A DNA stretch of 64,000 nt from Halorussus marinus (GTDB lineage Archaea > Halobacteriota > Halobacteria > Halobacteriales > Haladaptataceae): NCBI RefSeq assembly GCF_004765795.1, contig NZ_SBIV01000001.1, forward strand, positions 310,001 through 374,000. The letters run 5' to 3'. The notes beneath the pieces are model-generated. The model was not told the origin of the DNA, searched no databases, and saw only the letters and a list, made by a program, of their open reading frames with translations. Below are positions 19,271-29,552 of the stretch, piece after piece. A program made the position numbers and the translations under genes. The stretch's first letter is position 1, and every line of letters starts with the position of its first letter.

Positions 19271-20608
19271 ATGACACGGGTGATACACACGGGGGACACC
19301 CACCTCGGCTACCGCCAGTACCACTCGCCCGAGCGACGCCAGGACTTCCTCGACGCGTTCGAGCAGGTGGTCGACGACGCGGTCGCCGAGGACGTGGACG
19401 CGGTGGTCCACGCCGGCGACCTGTTCCACGACCGTCGGCCCGACCTCTCGGCGCTCCACGGCACCATCTCGATTCTCCGGAAGCTCCGGGCGGCCGACAT
19501 CCCGTTTCTCGCCATCGTCGGCAACCACGAGGGCACCCGCGGGCGCCAGTGGCTCGACCTCTTCGAGATGCTCGGGCTGGCGACCCGACTCGGCGACGAG
19601 CCCGAGGTCGTCGGCGAGACCGCCTTCTACGGCCTCGATCACGTCCCGAAGGCCAAGCGCGAGGACCTCGACTACGCGTTCGCCGACCACGACCAGCCCC
19701 ACGCCGCGCTGGTGAGCCACGGCCTGTTCGAGCCGTTCGACGTCGGCGACTGGGACGCCCGGGAGGTGTTGGCCGAGTCGAACGTCGCGTTCGACGCGAT
19801 GTTGCTGGGCGACAACCACGACCCCGGTGTCAAGGAGGTGGCCGAGACGTGGGTCACCTACTGCGGGTCGACCGAGCGCTGTAGCACCGCCGAGCGCGAG
19901 GACCGGGGGTACAACATCGTCGAGTTCGACGGCGAGGTGACGATCGCCCGCCGGGGGCTCGACGTCACCCGGGACTTCACGTACGTCTCGGTCGACCTCG
20001 GCGAGAGCGAGGGGATCGAGCGGGTCCGCGAGGCGATCCGCGAGCGCGACCTCGACGGCGCGGTCGCCGTCGTCGAGATCGACGGCGAGGGCGAGGACGT
20101 GACTCCTGCCCGGGTCGAGGAGTTCGCGCTCGAGGCGGGCGCGCTGGTCGTCCGCGTCAAAGACCGGCGCGAGACCGGCGAGGACGGCGAGTCTCTCGAC
20201 GTCTCGTTCGCGGACCCCGACGACGCGGTCCGCGAGCGCGTGCGCGATCTGGGTCTGAGCGAGGCGGCCCGCGGGATCGACGAGACCGTGCGAGCGAGCA
20301 CGGTCGCGGACGCGAACGTCCGCGAGTCGGTACAGAACCGGGTGACGGCGCTGATCGAGGACGGCGAACGCTCGGCGTTCGAGGCCGCACCCGAGGAGCC
20401 GCCCGACGACGAGGACGCGGCCGACGGCGACGCCGAACCGTCCGAGTCCGAGCGCGTCGGTCCCGCCCCGGACGCCGGGTCGTCCGCGGCCGCCGACGGC
20501 GGCCCCGCAGACGCCCCGGACGGAGATGGGGCCGACCGAGACGCGACCCGAGATAGCGAGCCGACCGACGCCGGCGACGACCAGCGCTCGATGGAGGAGT
20601 ACCTGTGA
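19271..20608 (+). CDS. mre11: DNA double-strand break repair nuclease Mre11
   Basis: DTHLG, AGDLF, GNHE phosphoesterase motifs; coupled to rad50. Confidence 0.95.
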   Translation: MTRVIHTGDTHLGYRQYHSPERRQDFLDAFEQVVDDAVAEDVDAVVHAGDLFHDRRPDLSALHGTISILRKLRAADIPFLAIVGNHEGTRGRQWLDLFEMLGLATRLGDEPEVVGETAFYGLDHVPKAKREDLDYAFADHDQPHAALVSHGLFEPFDVGDWDAREVLAESNVAFDAMLLGDNHDPGVKEVAETWVTYCGSTERCSTAEREDRGYNIVEFDGEVTIARRGLDVTRDFTYVSVDLGESEGIERVREAIRERDLDGAVAVVEIDGEGEDVTPARVEEFALEAGALVVRVKDRRETGEDGESLDVSFADPDDAVRERVRDLGLSEAARGIDETVRASTVADANVRESVQNRVTALIEDGERSAFEAAPEEPPDDEDAADGDAEPSESERVGPAPDAGSSAAADGGPADAPDGDGADRDATRDSEPTDAGDDQRSMEEYL

Positions 20609-23271
20609 AGTTCGACCGCGTCCGCCTCCGGAACTTCAAGTGCTACGCCGACGCCGACCTCCGGCTCGACGCCGGCGTGACGGTCGTCCACGGGCTCAAC
20701 GGCAGTGGAAAGTCCTCGCTACTCGAAGCCTGCTTTTTCGCGCTGTACGGCGCGAAGGCGCTCGACCGGACGCTCGAGGACGTGGTGACGCTCGGCGAGG
20801 ACGAGGCCGAGATCGAACTGTGGTTCTCCCACGAGGGCGGCGGCTACCACGTCCGCCGCCGGATCCGCGCGACCGGCGAGCGCGCCAAGACCGCCGAGTG
20901 CGTGCTCGAAACGCCCGACGACACGATCGAGGGCGCGACCGACGTTCGGGAGACGATCGCGGAGCTGTTCCGGATGGACTCCGAGGCGTTCGTCAACTGC
21001 GCGTACGTCCGGCAGGGCGAGGTCAACAAGCTCATCAACGCGACCCCCGCCCAGCGCCAGGACATGATCGACGACCTCCTCCAGCTCGGGAAACTCGAGG
21101 AGTACCGCGAGCGCGCCAGCGACGCCCGGCTCGGGGTCAAGAGCGTGCTCGACGGCAAGCGCGAGCGCCTCTCGGGTATCGACGACCAGATCGCCGAGAA
21201 AGAAGACAAGAACCTCCACGGCCGGCTCAACGAACTCGAGTCCGACCTGAACTCGGTCGAAGCCGACATCGAGGAGTACGAGGACAACCGCGAGACCGCC
21301 CGCGAGACCCGCGATCGGGCGACCGAGGTGCTCGACTCCTACGAGGAGAAACGCGAGGAGCTCGAATCGCTGGAGGCCGACGTCGAGGAGCTGGAGGACG
21401 AGATTTCAGCGACCGAGAAAGAGCGGACCGACCACGCCGACCGCGTGCGCGAGCTCCGGGAGACCGTCGAGGACCTCGAAGCCGAGATCGAGTCGCTGTC
21501 GGCCGAAACCGAGGTCGAGGCGACCGACGAGACGGCGATCGAGGCCCGCCTCGAAGCCCTCGACGCGCGCGACGAGACGCTCGCCTCGGAGCTCGGCGAC
21601 GCGGAGACCCAGGCCCAGATGTTCGCCAATCAGGCCGACAACCTCGCCGACCGGGCCGCGGAGTTCGAGTCGCGGGCCGAGAGCAAGCGCGCGGACGCCG
21701 ACGAACTCGAAGCGGAGGCCGACGAGGCCGAGCGAGACCTCGCGGAGTCCCGCGAGAAGCTCGACCGGCTCGGCGACGACATCGACGCCGAGAAGGCGAC
21801 GTTCGACGACGCGCCGGTCGAGTTCGGCGCCGCCGCCGACCGACTCGAACGTCTAAGAGACGAACGCGAGGAACTCCGCGAGCGCGAGCAGGAGCTGACC
21901 GCGGCGCTCGCGAGCGCCCGCGACAGCGTCGCCGAGGCCGAGGAGCTCCTCGAAGCGGGCAAGTGTCCCGAATGTGGCCAGCCGGTCGACGGCTCCCCGC
22001 ACGTCGACTCGCTGGACGAGGAGCGCGAGCGCGTCGAATCGCTCGAAGCAGAGCTCGAATCGGTCCGCGAGGACCGCGAGGAGATCGAGGCCGACGTCGA
22101 GGCGGCCGAGCGGCTCAGGGAGGCCGAACAGACCGTCGACTCGTTGCAGACCAACCGCGAGAACGTCGAACAGCTCGTCGAGACGAAGGCCGAGGCCGTC
22201 GAGGCAAAGCGCGCGGACGCCGACCAGCTCCGCGAGGAAGCTGAGGAACTGGAGGCCGAAGCCGACGAGAAGCGCACGGACGCCGACCAGCTCCGCGAGA
22301 AGGCCGAGGCCCACCGCGAGACGGTCGAAGATCTCGAAGCCGAGCGCGAGGAGCTCGCCGACAAGCGCGAGCGCCTCGAGGAGATTCGATCGCTCGGCGA
22401 GCGGGTCGCCGACGCCGAGGCCGACATCGAGCGCCACCGCGAGAAGCGCGCCAGCCTCGAAGCGGTGAACGACCAGCGCCGCGAGCGCCTCGCCGACAAG
22501 CGCGAGCGACGGGCGGGGCTCCGCGAGGAGTACGACGAGCAGAAGGTCGCCTCGGCCCGCGAGGACAAGGAGCGCGCCGAGACGTACTTAGAGCAGGTCG
22601 AGGCGAAGCTCGACGAGCTTCGGGATCGGCGAAACGACCTCCAGAGCCGGATCGGCGGCGTGAAAAGCGAGATCGGCGAGCTCGAAAGCCTCCGCGAGCG
22701 CCGCGAGGAGGTGGCCGAGCGGGTCGCGTCGCTGGAGTCGCTCCGCGAGGAGACCGTCGACCTCCAGGAGATGTACGGCGACCTGCGGGCCGAGTTGCGC
22801 CAGCGCAACGTCGACCACCTCGAAGAGATGCTCAACGAGGTGTTCGATCTGATCTACCAGAACGACTCGTACGCCCGCATCGAGCTCGACGGGGAGTACG
22901 AGCTCACCGTCTACCAGAAGGACGGCGAGCCACTCGACCCCGAGCAGTTGTCGGGCGGCGAGCGCGCGCTGTTCAACCTCAGCCTCCGGTGTGCGATCTA
23001 CCGCCTGCTCGCGGAGGGGATCGAGGGCGGCGCGCCGATGCCGCCGCTCATCCTCGACGAGCCGACCGTCTTCCTCGACTCGGGCCACGTCTCCCAGCTC
23101 GTCGAGCTGGTCGAGTCGATGCGGGATCTGGGCGTCGAGCAGATCGTGGTCGTGAGCCACGACGACGAACTGGTCGCGGCCGCCGACGACCTGGTGCGGG
23201 TCGAGAAAGACTCCGTGTCGAACCGCTCGACCGTCGAGCGTCGCGAGGCGGCCTTGGAAGCCGCCGATTAG
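20605..23271 (+). CDS. rad50: DNA double-strand break repair ATPase Rad50
   Basis: [14 protein letters not shown] zinc hook, LSGGE, LDEPT, coiled coils. Confidence 0.96.
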   Translation: MKFDRVRLRNFKCYADADLRLDAGVTVVHGLNGSGKSSLLEACFFALYGAKALDRTLEDVVTLGEDEAEIELWFSHEGGGYHVRRRIRATGERAKTAECVLETPDDTIEGATDVRETIAELFRMDSEAFVNCAYVRQGEVNKLINATPAQRQDMIDDLLQLGKLEEYRERASDARLGVKSVLDGKRERLSGIDDQIAEKEDKNLHGRLNELESDLNSVEADIEEYEDNRETARETRDRATEVLDSYEEKREELESLEADVEELEDEISATEKERTDHADRVRELRETVEDLEAEIESLSAETEVEATDETAIEARLEALDARDETLASELGDAETQAQMFANQADNLADRAAEFESRAESKRADADELEAEADEAERDLAESREKLDRLGDDIDAEKATFDDAPVEFGAAADRLERLRDEREELREREQELTAALASARDSVAEAEELLEAGKCPECGQPVDGSPHVDSLDEERERVESLEAELESVREDREEIEADVEAAERLREAEQTVDSLQTNRENVEQLVETKAEAVEAKRADADQLREEAEELEAEADEKRTDADQLREKAEAHRETVEDLEAEREELADKRERLEEIRSLGERVADAEADIERHREKRASLEAVNDQRRERLADKRERRAGLREEYDEQKVASAREDKERAETYLEQVEAKLDELRDRRNDLQSRIGGVKSEIGELESLRERREEVAERVASLESLREETVDLQEMYGDLRAELRQRNVDHLEEMLNEVFDLIYQNDSYARIELDGEYELTVYQKDGEPLDPEQLSGGERALFNLSLRCAIYRLLAEGIEGGAPMPPLILDEPTVFLDSGHVSQLVELVESMRDLGVEQIVVVSHDDELVAAADDLVRVEKDSVSNRSTVERREAALEAAD

Positions 23272-23690
23272 TTTCGGAGTGCGGCCAGCCCCTCGTCGCC
23301 GCGGTCGGTCGTGGCGTACCCCCGCTCGCCGCCGACCCGTCGCTCCTCGACCAGTCCGGCCGCCCGAAACTCCGTCAGGATACCGAGCAGATCGCTCTCA
23401 CAGAGGTCCGCGGCGTCGAGCAGGTGCCGGACCGGGAGCGGCCCGCGCTCGCCGAGTTCCACCAGCAGGCCGAGCGCCCGCTCGTCGGGGACCGCGGTCA
23501 GAATCCGGCGGGCCGGGGCCGGGATCGCCCGCGAGGCGGTCGCCAGCGGCGACTCGCCGTCGACGGGGTCGAGTTCGTCGGCCGGTCGGTGGCTCTCGGC
23601 GCCCGTCTCCGGATCCCGTAGCTTGCAGGCGTCGCCGGACTCTTTGACGAGCAGGTAGGTGTCGCCCGACTCGTCCCGGACCGTTCGCAT
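23268..23690 (-). CDS. Conserved haloarchaeal protein with C-terminal wHTH (DUF7346-like)
   Basis: [16 protein letters not shown]...[20 protein letters not shown]. Confidence 0.8.
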   Translation of the reverse strand: MRTVRDESGDTYLLVKESGDACKLRDPETGAESHRPADELDPVDGESPLATASRAIPAPARRILTAVPDERALGLLVELGERGPLPVRHLLDAADLCESDLLGILTEFRAAGLVEERRVGGERGYATTDRGDEGLAALRN

Positions 23691-23715
23691 GGCCGGTGGT
23701 AGGGGGCTGTCGGAG

Positions 23716-24105
23716 TTAGTCTTTCCGGACCGAGCGGTAGCGGTACCACCCGCGGACGAACGCGAAGACGCCGACCGCGAGCAGGCCGCCTCCGACGGTC
23801 CACCGGCGCTCGAACCCGATCAACAGCAGGCCGAGACTCGCCGCGAGGAGCGCGAGGTTGAAAAGTAGCGCCAGCGACCAGAACCGGGTCGCGAGCTCCG
23901 AGTCGACCGACGGCTCCGACTCCGTCGACGCCTCCGCCCCGCCGAAGCCGAGCTCCTCGGCGAGGCCGGGCTCGTCGTCGGTGAGGTCGGGCGCTTGCGG
24001 GATCTCGGGTGCGACGTCCGCGGCCGGGTCGTCCGGGCGCAGGTCGGCGTCCGGGGTCGGCTCGCCGTCGGCGTCCGGCTGGGTCGTCGAGTCGTCGCTC
24101 GGCAC
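23716..24105 (-). CDS. Small membrane protein (DUF7322-like)
   Basis: Acidic N-terminus plus 2 TMs (FWSLALLFN); GTG start inferred. Confidence 0.7.
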   Translation of the reverse strand: MPSDDSTTQPDADGEPTPDADLRPDDPAADVAPEIPQAPDLTDDEPGLAEELGFGGAEASTESEPSVDSELATRFWSLALLFNLALLAASLGLLLIGFERRWTVGGGLLAVGVFAFVRGWYRYRSVRKD

Positions 24106-24149
24106 GGCTAGGGGTTCGGCAAGCGGCGGGGAAAAGCGTTCGGAGTCGG

Positions 24150-24338
24150 CTACGCCTGCTCGGTCAGGGTGAGCGGCTCGCCCGCTTTCAACCACGCCAG
24201 CGGATTTCGGGAGTCGTAGAATACGACGCCCTCGTCCGTCTCGTACGCCTCGATCGTCGCCTCCGCCTGCGCGTCGGCTTCGGGAAGCGCGGCTTCCGCA
24301 CGGTCCAGCTCGTCGCCGGGGTTGGCGTGGTCGGACAT
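24150..24338 (-). CDS. Small protein (DUF7331-like)
   Basis: IEAYETDEGVVFYDSRNPLAWL. Confidence 0.75.
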   Translation of the reverse strand: MSDHANPGDELDRAEAALPEADAQAEATIEAYETDEGVVFYDSRNPLAWLKAGEPLTLTEQA

Positions 24339-24452
24339 TGGCGTCACCACAAGCGTGGTATGTGGTAACATGGTATATGTCTTTCCCTCAGACATCTCCG
24401 GAGGGGCTCGGAAAGAGAGGGTTTTTACCCGAAAGCGCCAAACCCGGGATAC

Positions 24453-27400
24453 ATGAGCAATCCGGGGTCTGACGCGAAATTAAGCGACTTCTCCGCGGGC
24501 GCCGAGCCCGACCGCGACGCCGAGGCCGAGGCCCGGGCGGTCGCCGGCGGCGACCGGCAGGACGCCGACGCCGTCGTCGACGCCGACGACTGGCTACCCG
24601 AGGCGACCGGCCGCGTCGAACTCTCGGTGACGCAGGTCGACTACACTATCGAGGGGTCGGGCGACGACGAGACGGTCGTCGTCCACGTCTTCGGCCGGAC
24701 CGAAGACGACGACCTCGAACACCTCCACGTCCACGGGTTCGAGCCGTACTTCTACGCGCCGACCGACTCGCTCGACGTTCCGCCCGAAGAGGAGTTCGAC
24801 CGGCTACTCGACAGCCAAGAGACCGACGAGAACGGCGAGCCCTACGAGAGCATCCGGGGCGAACGGCTCACCAAGATCGTCGGCCAGACGCCCCGCGACG
24901 TGGGGAACGTCCGGGACCACTTCGACCACTACGAGGCCGACATCCTGTTCCCGAACCGGTTTCTCATCGACAAGGGGGTGAAAAGCGGCATCCGGGTCCC
25001 GGAGCGTCGCGACGAGGACGGCGATCTGCACTTCCACGACGACGTCGACGCGGTCGACCCCGTCGAGGTACAGGCAAGCCCTCGTGTCAGCTACTTCGAC
25101 ATCGAGGTCGACGACCGGTCTGGGTTCCCCGAGGACGGCGAGGAGCCGATCGTCTGTCTCACCAGCTTCGACTCCTACCGCGACGAGTACGTGGCGTGGC
25201 TCTACGACGCCCCGGAAGGCGACGCCGAAGCCCCCGAGACGCTCGACGGTTACGACCCGATCGAGGCCGTCGACGTCGAGGTGCGGACGTTCGGCGACGA
25301 GCGCGCGATGCTCGCGGCGTTCCTCGACTACATCGAGGAGACCGACCCGGACGTCCTGACCGGCTGGAACTTCGAGGACTTCGACGCTCCCTACCTCGTC
25401 GACCGACTCGACGTTCTCGCCGGCCCCCACGAGTACGACCTCGACTCGGATCGGCTCTCGCGGGTGAACGAGGTGTGGGACTCCGACTGGGGCGGCCCCA
25501 CCGTGAAGGGCCGGGTCGTCTTCGACCTGCTGTACGCGTACAAGCGGACCCAGCGCTCGGAACTCGACTCCTACCGGCTCGACGCCGTCGGCGAGGTCGA
25601 ACTCGGCGTCGGCAAGGAGCGGTACCCCGGCGACATCGGCGACCTCTGGGAGGACGACCCCGAACGCCTGCTGGAGTACAACCTCCGGGACGTCGAGCTG
25701 TGCGTCGAACTCGACCGCAAGCAGGACATCGTCTCGTTCTGGGAGGAGGTCGCGTCGTTCGTGGGCTGTAAGCTCGAAGACGCCACCACGCCCGGCGACG
25801 CGGTCGACGTGTACGTCCTCCAGAAGGCCCACGGGGAGTTCGCGCTCCCCTCGAAGGGCAAACAGGAGAGCGAGGACTTCGAGGGCGGGGCGGTGTTCGA
25901 GCCGATCACCGGGGTCAAAGAGAACGTGACGGTGCTCGACCTCAAGAGCCTCTACCCGATGTCGATGACCACGATCAACGCCTCCCCGGAGACCAAAGTC
26001 GACCCCGAGGAGTACGACGGCGAGACCTACCGGGCGCCGACGGGGACCCACTTCCGGAAGGACCCCGACGGCATCATCCGGGAGATCATCGACGAGACCC
26101 TCGACGAGCGCGAGGAAAAGAAGGCCCTGCGCGACGAGCACGACCCCGACACGCCGGAGTACGAGCGGTACAACCGCCAGCAGGCGGCGGTGAAGGTGAT
26201 CATGAACTCACTCTACGGCGTTTCGGGGTGGGATCGGTTCCGCCTCTACGACAAGGAGGCGGCCGCCGCCATCACGGCGACCGGTCGCGACGTGATCGAG
26301 TACACGCAGGAGACCGCGACCGAGATGGGGTACGAGGTGGCGTATGGGGACAGCGTCACAGGCGAGCGCCCCGTAGTCGTTCGGGACCCCGGTGGAAACC
26401 TACGTATCCTGCCTATCGAGGACCTGTTCGAACGCGCCACTCCGACAGCGGCCGACGAGATTCTCATCACCGCCGACGGCGGTCCGGTTGCCAGCGTCGC
26501 GTCTCCGAAGGATGTCGGAACGCTCGACGGATGGGACGCGTTGTCCGTCAACGAGGTCGGGGAGACCGAGTGGAAACCGATCCAGCAGGCTATCCGTCAT
26601 GAGACGGACAAACCCGTCGTCAAGCTACAGCACAAGTTCGGCGAATCGGTCACGACGCGCGATCACTCGTACGTCGTGGAAGACGACGGCGAACTCGTCG
26701 AAGCGACGCCCGAAGCCGTTGAGGAGCCGCTGCGCGTACCGGACGTACCGAACGTCGAAGCCTGCGAAGAGATCGACGTGTACGAGGTTCTCAAAGGGTA
26801 CGAACGGGAGTACGAAGACGGTCGAGGAACGGGCGGAACGACGACGAAGACGAAGCGAGTTCACGCGGACGACGAGCGGGTGTGGTTCGGGCACGGCCAT
26901 CACAGCGGCCTCGACAAGACGATTACCGTCCAGCGCTACATCGACCTCGATAGCGAGGACGGCGAGGCGCTACTCCGACTGCTCGGCGCGTACGTTCCCG
27001 AGGGGAGCGCATCGACGGCCGAGACCACGTCCGACAAGTTCGGCGCGAGCATCGCGGAGTCGGACCCGGAGTGGCTCGAACAGCTACGGAACGACTACCA
27101 GCGGTTGTTCGACGGGGCGACTGCGAGTGTCGTGGCGAGCGACACCCGGGACGAGCGGACGGTCGAGTACGTGACGGACGACGCCAATGATTCGGTCACG
27201 TACGACGATAGTACCCGGAAGCTACAGATGATGAACGAACTTTCGGCGGTATTCTTCCGCGAATTCGCGGGACAGACGTCTCGCGGAAAGCGTGTCCCGT
27301 CGTTCGTGTTCCACCTCTCCGAGTCGAAACAGGACGTGTTCCTCGAAACGGTCGTCGAAGGCGACGGCTCCCGGGAGTTCCCCCGTTACTCCGAGGACTA

Positions 27401-28484
27401 CTGTGACCGGAATTTCGACTTCGAGACGGTGAGTCGTGAACTGGCTGCCGGTCTCTCGATGTTGCTCACCCAGCGCGGCGAGAAGCACTCTCTCAAGTAT
27501 CGCGACGCGAAGGGCTCGTACACTATTCGAACCTGCGACTACTACCGATCTGGACGCGATCCCGTTTTGACCGAAGCAGAGCACGATGGGTACGTCTATG
27601 ACCTCAGCGTCGCGGACAACGAGAATTTTGTCGACGCGCTCGGCGGTATCGTCCTCCACAACACCGACAGCGTCATGTTAGAGCTTGGCGACGTCGACAG
27701 GGAGGAGGCCCTCGACCAGTCGTTCGAGATCGAGGACCACATCAACGAGGCCTACGACGACTTCGCGCTCGGGGAACTCAACGCCGAGGAACACCGCTTC
27801 CAGATCGAGTTCGAGAAGCTCTACCGGCGGTTCTTCCAGGCGGGCAAGAAGAAACGCTACGCCGGCCACATCGTCTGGAAGGAGGGCAAGGACGTCGACG
27901 ACATCGACATCACCGGCTTCGAGTACAAGCGCTCGGACATCGCGCCCATCACCAAGGAGGTCCAGAAAGACGTCATCGACATGATCGTCCACGGCGAGGA
28001 CGTCGAAGACGTCAAAGAGTACGTCCACGACGTGATCGCCGACTATCAGGCCGGGAACGTCGACCTCGACGACGTCGGCATCCCCGGCGGCATCGGCAAG
28101 CGCCTCGACAACTACGACACCGACACCGCCCAAGTCCGGGGCGCGAAGTACGCAAACCGACTGCTCGGGACCAACTTCCAGCGCGGGAGCAAGCCAAAGC
28201 GCCTCTACCTCGAGAAGGTCCACCCCTCGTTCTTCGAGCGACTGGAGGCCGAGGAGGGGTTCGACGCCCGGACGGACCCGCTGTACGGCGAGTTCAAGCG
28301 CGATCCCGACGTGATCTGTTTCGAGTACGCCGACCAGATCCCCGAGGAGTTCGAGATCGACTGGGACAAGATGCTCGACAAGACCCTGAAGGGGCCGATC
28401 GAGCGCATCCTCGAAGCCCTCGACATCTCGTGGAACGAGGTCAAGACCGGCCAGGAACAGACCGGGCTGGGGAGTTTCGTCTGA
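24453..28484 (+). CDS. polB: Family B DNA polymerase (contains an intein)
   Basis: DIE exonuclease motif, DLKSLYP, KVIMNSLYG, YGD/TDS, KKRY; C-terminal PIP box QTGLGSF. Confidence 0.97.
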   Translation: MSNPGSDAKLSDFSAGAEPDRDAEAEARAVAGGDRQDADAVVDADDWLPEATGRVELSVTQVDYTIEGSGDDETVVVHVFGRTEDDDLEHLHVHGFEPYFYAPTDSLDVPPEEEFDRLLDSQETDENGEPYESIRGERLTKIVGQTPRDVGNVRDHFDHYEADILFPNRFLIDKGVKSGIRVPERRDEDGDLHFHDDVDAVDPVEVQASPRVSYFDIEVDDRSGFPEDGEEPIVCLTSFDSYRDEYVAWLYDAPEGDAEAPETLDGYDPIEAVDVEVRTFGDERAMLAAFLDYIEETDPDVLTGWNFEDFDAPYLVDRLDVLAGPHEYDLDSDRLSRVNEVWDSDWGGPTVKGRVVFDLLYAYKRTQRSELDSYRLDAVGEVELGVGKERYPGDIGDLWEDDPERLLEYNLRDVELCVELDRKQDIVSFWEEVASFVGCKLEDATTPGDAVDVYVLQKAHGEFALPSKGKQESEDFEGGAVFEPITGVKENVTVLDLKSLYPMSMTTINASPETKVDPEEYDGETYRAPTGTHFRKDPDGIIREIIDETLDEREEKKALRDEHDPDTPEYERYNRQQAAVKVIMNSLYGVSGWDRFRLYDKEAAAAITATGRDVIEYTQETATEMGYEVAYGDSVTGERPVVVRDPGGNLRILPIEDLFERATPTAADEILITADGGPVASVASPKDVGTLDGWDALSVNEVGETEWKPIQQAIRHETDKPVVKLQHKFGESVTTRDHSYVVEDDGELVEATPEAVEEPLRVPDVPNVEACEEIDVYEVLKGYEREYEDGRGTGGTTTKTKRVHADDERVWFGHGHHSGLDKTITVQRYIDLDSEDGEALLRLLGAYVPEGSASTAETTSDKFGASIAESDPEWLEQLRNDYQRLFDGATASVVASDTRDERTVEYVTDDANDSVTYDDSTRKLQMMNELSAVFFREFAGQTSRGKRVPSFVFHLSESKQDVFLETVVEGDGSREFPRYSEDYCDRNFDFETVSRELAAGLSMLLTQRGEKHSLKYRDAKGSYTIRTCDYYRSGRDPVLTEAEHDGYVYDLSVADNENFVDALGGIVLHNTDSVMLELGDVDREEALDQSFEIEDHINEAYDDFALGELNAEEHRFQIEFEKLYRRFFQAGKKKRYAGHIVWKEGKDVDDIDITGFEYKRSDIAPITKEVQKDVIDMIVHGEDVEDVKEYVHDVIADYQAGNVDLDDVGIPGGIGKRLDNYDTDTAQVRGAKYANRLLGTNFQRGSKPKRLYLEKVHPSFFERLEAEEGFDARTDPLYGEFKRDPDVICFEYADQIPEEFEIDWDKMLDKTLKGPIERILEALDISWNEVKTGQEQTGLGSFV
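26352..27662 (+). mobile_element. Intein (437 aa) with LAGLIDADG homing endonuclease in the PolB YGDTDS motif
   Basis: YGD|SVTGERPVVV ... VTTRDHS ... LLGAYVPEGS ... VVEGDGS ... YVYDLSV...IVLHN|TDS. Confidence 0.95.
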
Positions 28485-28622
28485 GCCCGGGCGCGCTCGC
28501 CGACCGCGGATCGGCTCCCCGCGGGCGTTTCCGTTTTCGGGAAATTTATTTTCACTCGAAGAAAACCATTTACGTGGGAATGCGAAAGTATTATGGGTCG
28601 CCTGACCCATTCTCCGAACGTC

Positions 28623-28636
28623 TTAGGTGAACCTAA
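28623..28636. promoter_or_regulatory. DtxR/SirR-type operator TTAGGTGAACCTAA
   Basis: Palindrome with 6-bp arms ending 1 nt before the sufC ATG. Confidence 0.7.
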
Positions 28637-28637
28637 C

Positions 28638-29546
28638 ATGGCAACGCTACAACTCAAAAATCTACACGCTGAGGTCGTCGAGGCCGACGAGAAGATTCTC
28701 AACGGCGTCGACCTCGAAGTCGAATCGGGCGAGATCCACGCTCTCATGGGACCGAACGGCAGCGGGAAGTCCACGACCGCGAAAGTCATCGCCGGCCACC
28801 CCGCCTACGAGGTAACCGAGGGCGAGGTGCTCATCCACCTCGACGACGCCGACGTCGACGGAGAGATCCCCGACGACAAGCGGACGTGGAACCTCCTCGA
28901 GATGGAGCCCAACGAGCGAGCCGCGCTCGGCGTCTTCCTCGGCTTCCAGTACCCCGCCGAGATCGAGGGCGTCACGATGGTCAACTTCCTCCGGCAGGCG
29001 CTGAACGCCAAGCTCGAAGAGCGCGAGGAGCTCTTCGAGGACGAGGAGGGTGCCGACGAGGACGAGGACGAAGACGAGGCGGGCTACGACACCAGCCCGA
29101 TGGAAGGCCCCGCCGACGAGGGCGAGGTCGGCGTCGCGGAGTTCCAGCAGCTCCTTTCGGAGAAGATGGAACTGCTCGACATGGACGAGAAATTCGCCCA
29201 GCGGTACCTCAACGCGGGGTTCTCCGGCGGCGAAAAGAAGCAAAACGAAGTGCTTCAGGCCGCGATCCTCGAGCCGTCTGTCGCCGTGCTCGATGAGATC
29301 GACTCCGGGCTCGACATCGACCGCCTTCAGGACGTCTCGAAGGGCATCAACGCCCTGCGCGACGAGCAGGGCACCGGCATCCTCCAGATCACCCACTACC
29401 AGCGCATCCTCGACTACGTCGAGCCCGACCACGTTCACGTCATGCTCGACGGCGAGATCGCGAAAAGCGGCGGCGCGGAGCTCGCCGAGAAACTCGAAGA
29501 CGAGGGGTACGACTGGGTTCGCGAAGAAGCCTACGAGACCGCCTAA
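28638..29546 (+). CDS. sufC: Fe-S cluster assembly ATPase SufC
   Basis: GPNGSGKST, FQYPAEIEGV, FSGGEKK, LDEIDSGLDID. Confidence 0.95.
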   Translation: MATLQLKNLHAEVVEADEKILNGVDLEVESGEIHALMGPNGSGKSTTAKVIAGHPAYEVTEGEVLIHLDDADVDGEIPDDKRTWNLLEMEPNERAALGVFLGFQYPAEIEGVTMVNFLRQALNAKLEEREELFEDEEGADEDEDEDEAGYDTSPMEGPADEGEVGVAEFQQLLSEKMELLDMDEKFAQRYLNAGFSGGEKKQNEVLQAAILEPSVAVLDEIDSGLDIDRLQDVSKGINALRDEQGTGILQITHYQRILDYVEPDHVHVMLDGEIAKSGGAELAEKLEDEGYDWVREEAYETA

Positions 29547-29552
29547 ATCATC

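Noticed and set aside
21680..22320. Repeated AAGCGCRCGGACGCCGAC segments in rad50
   Set aside because: Coiled-coil periodicity within a coding sequence.
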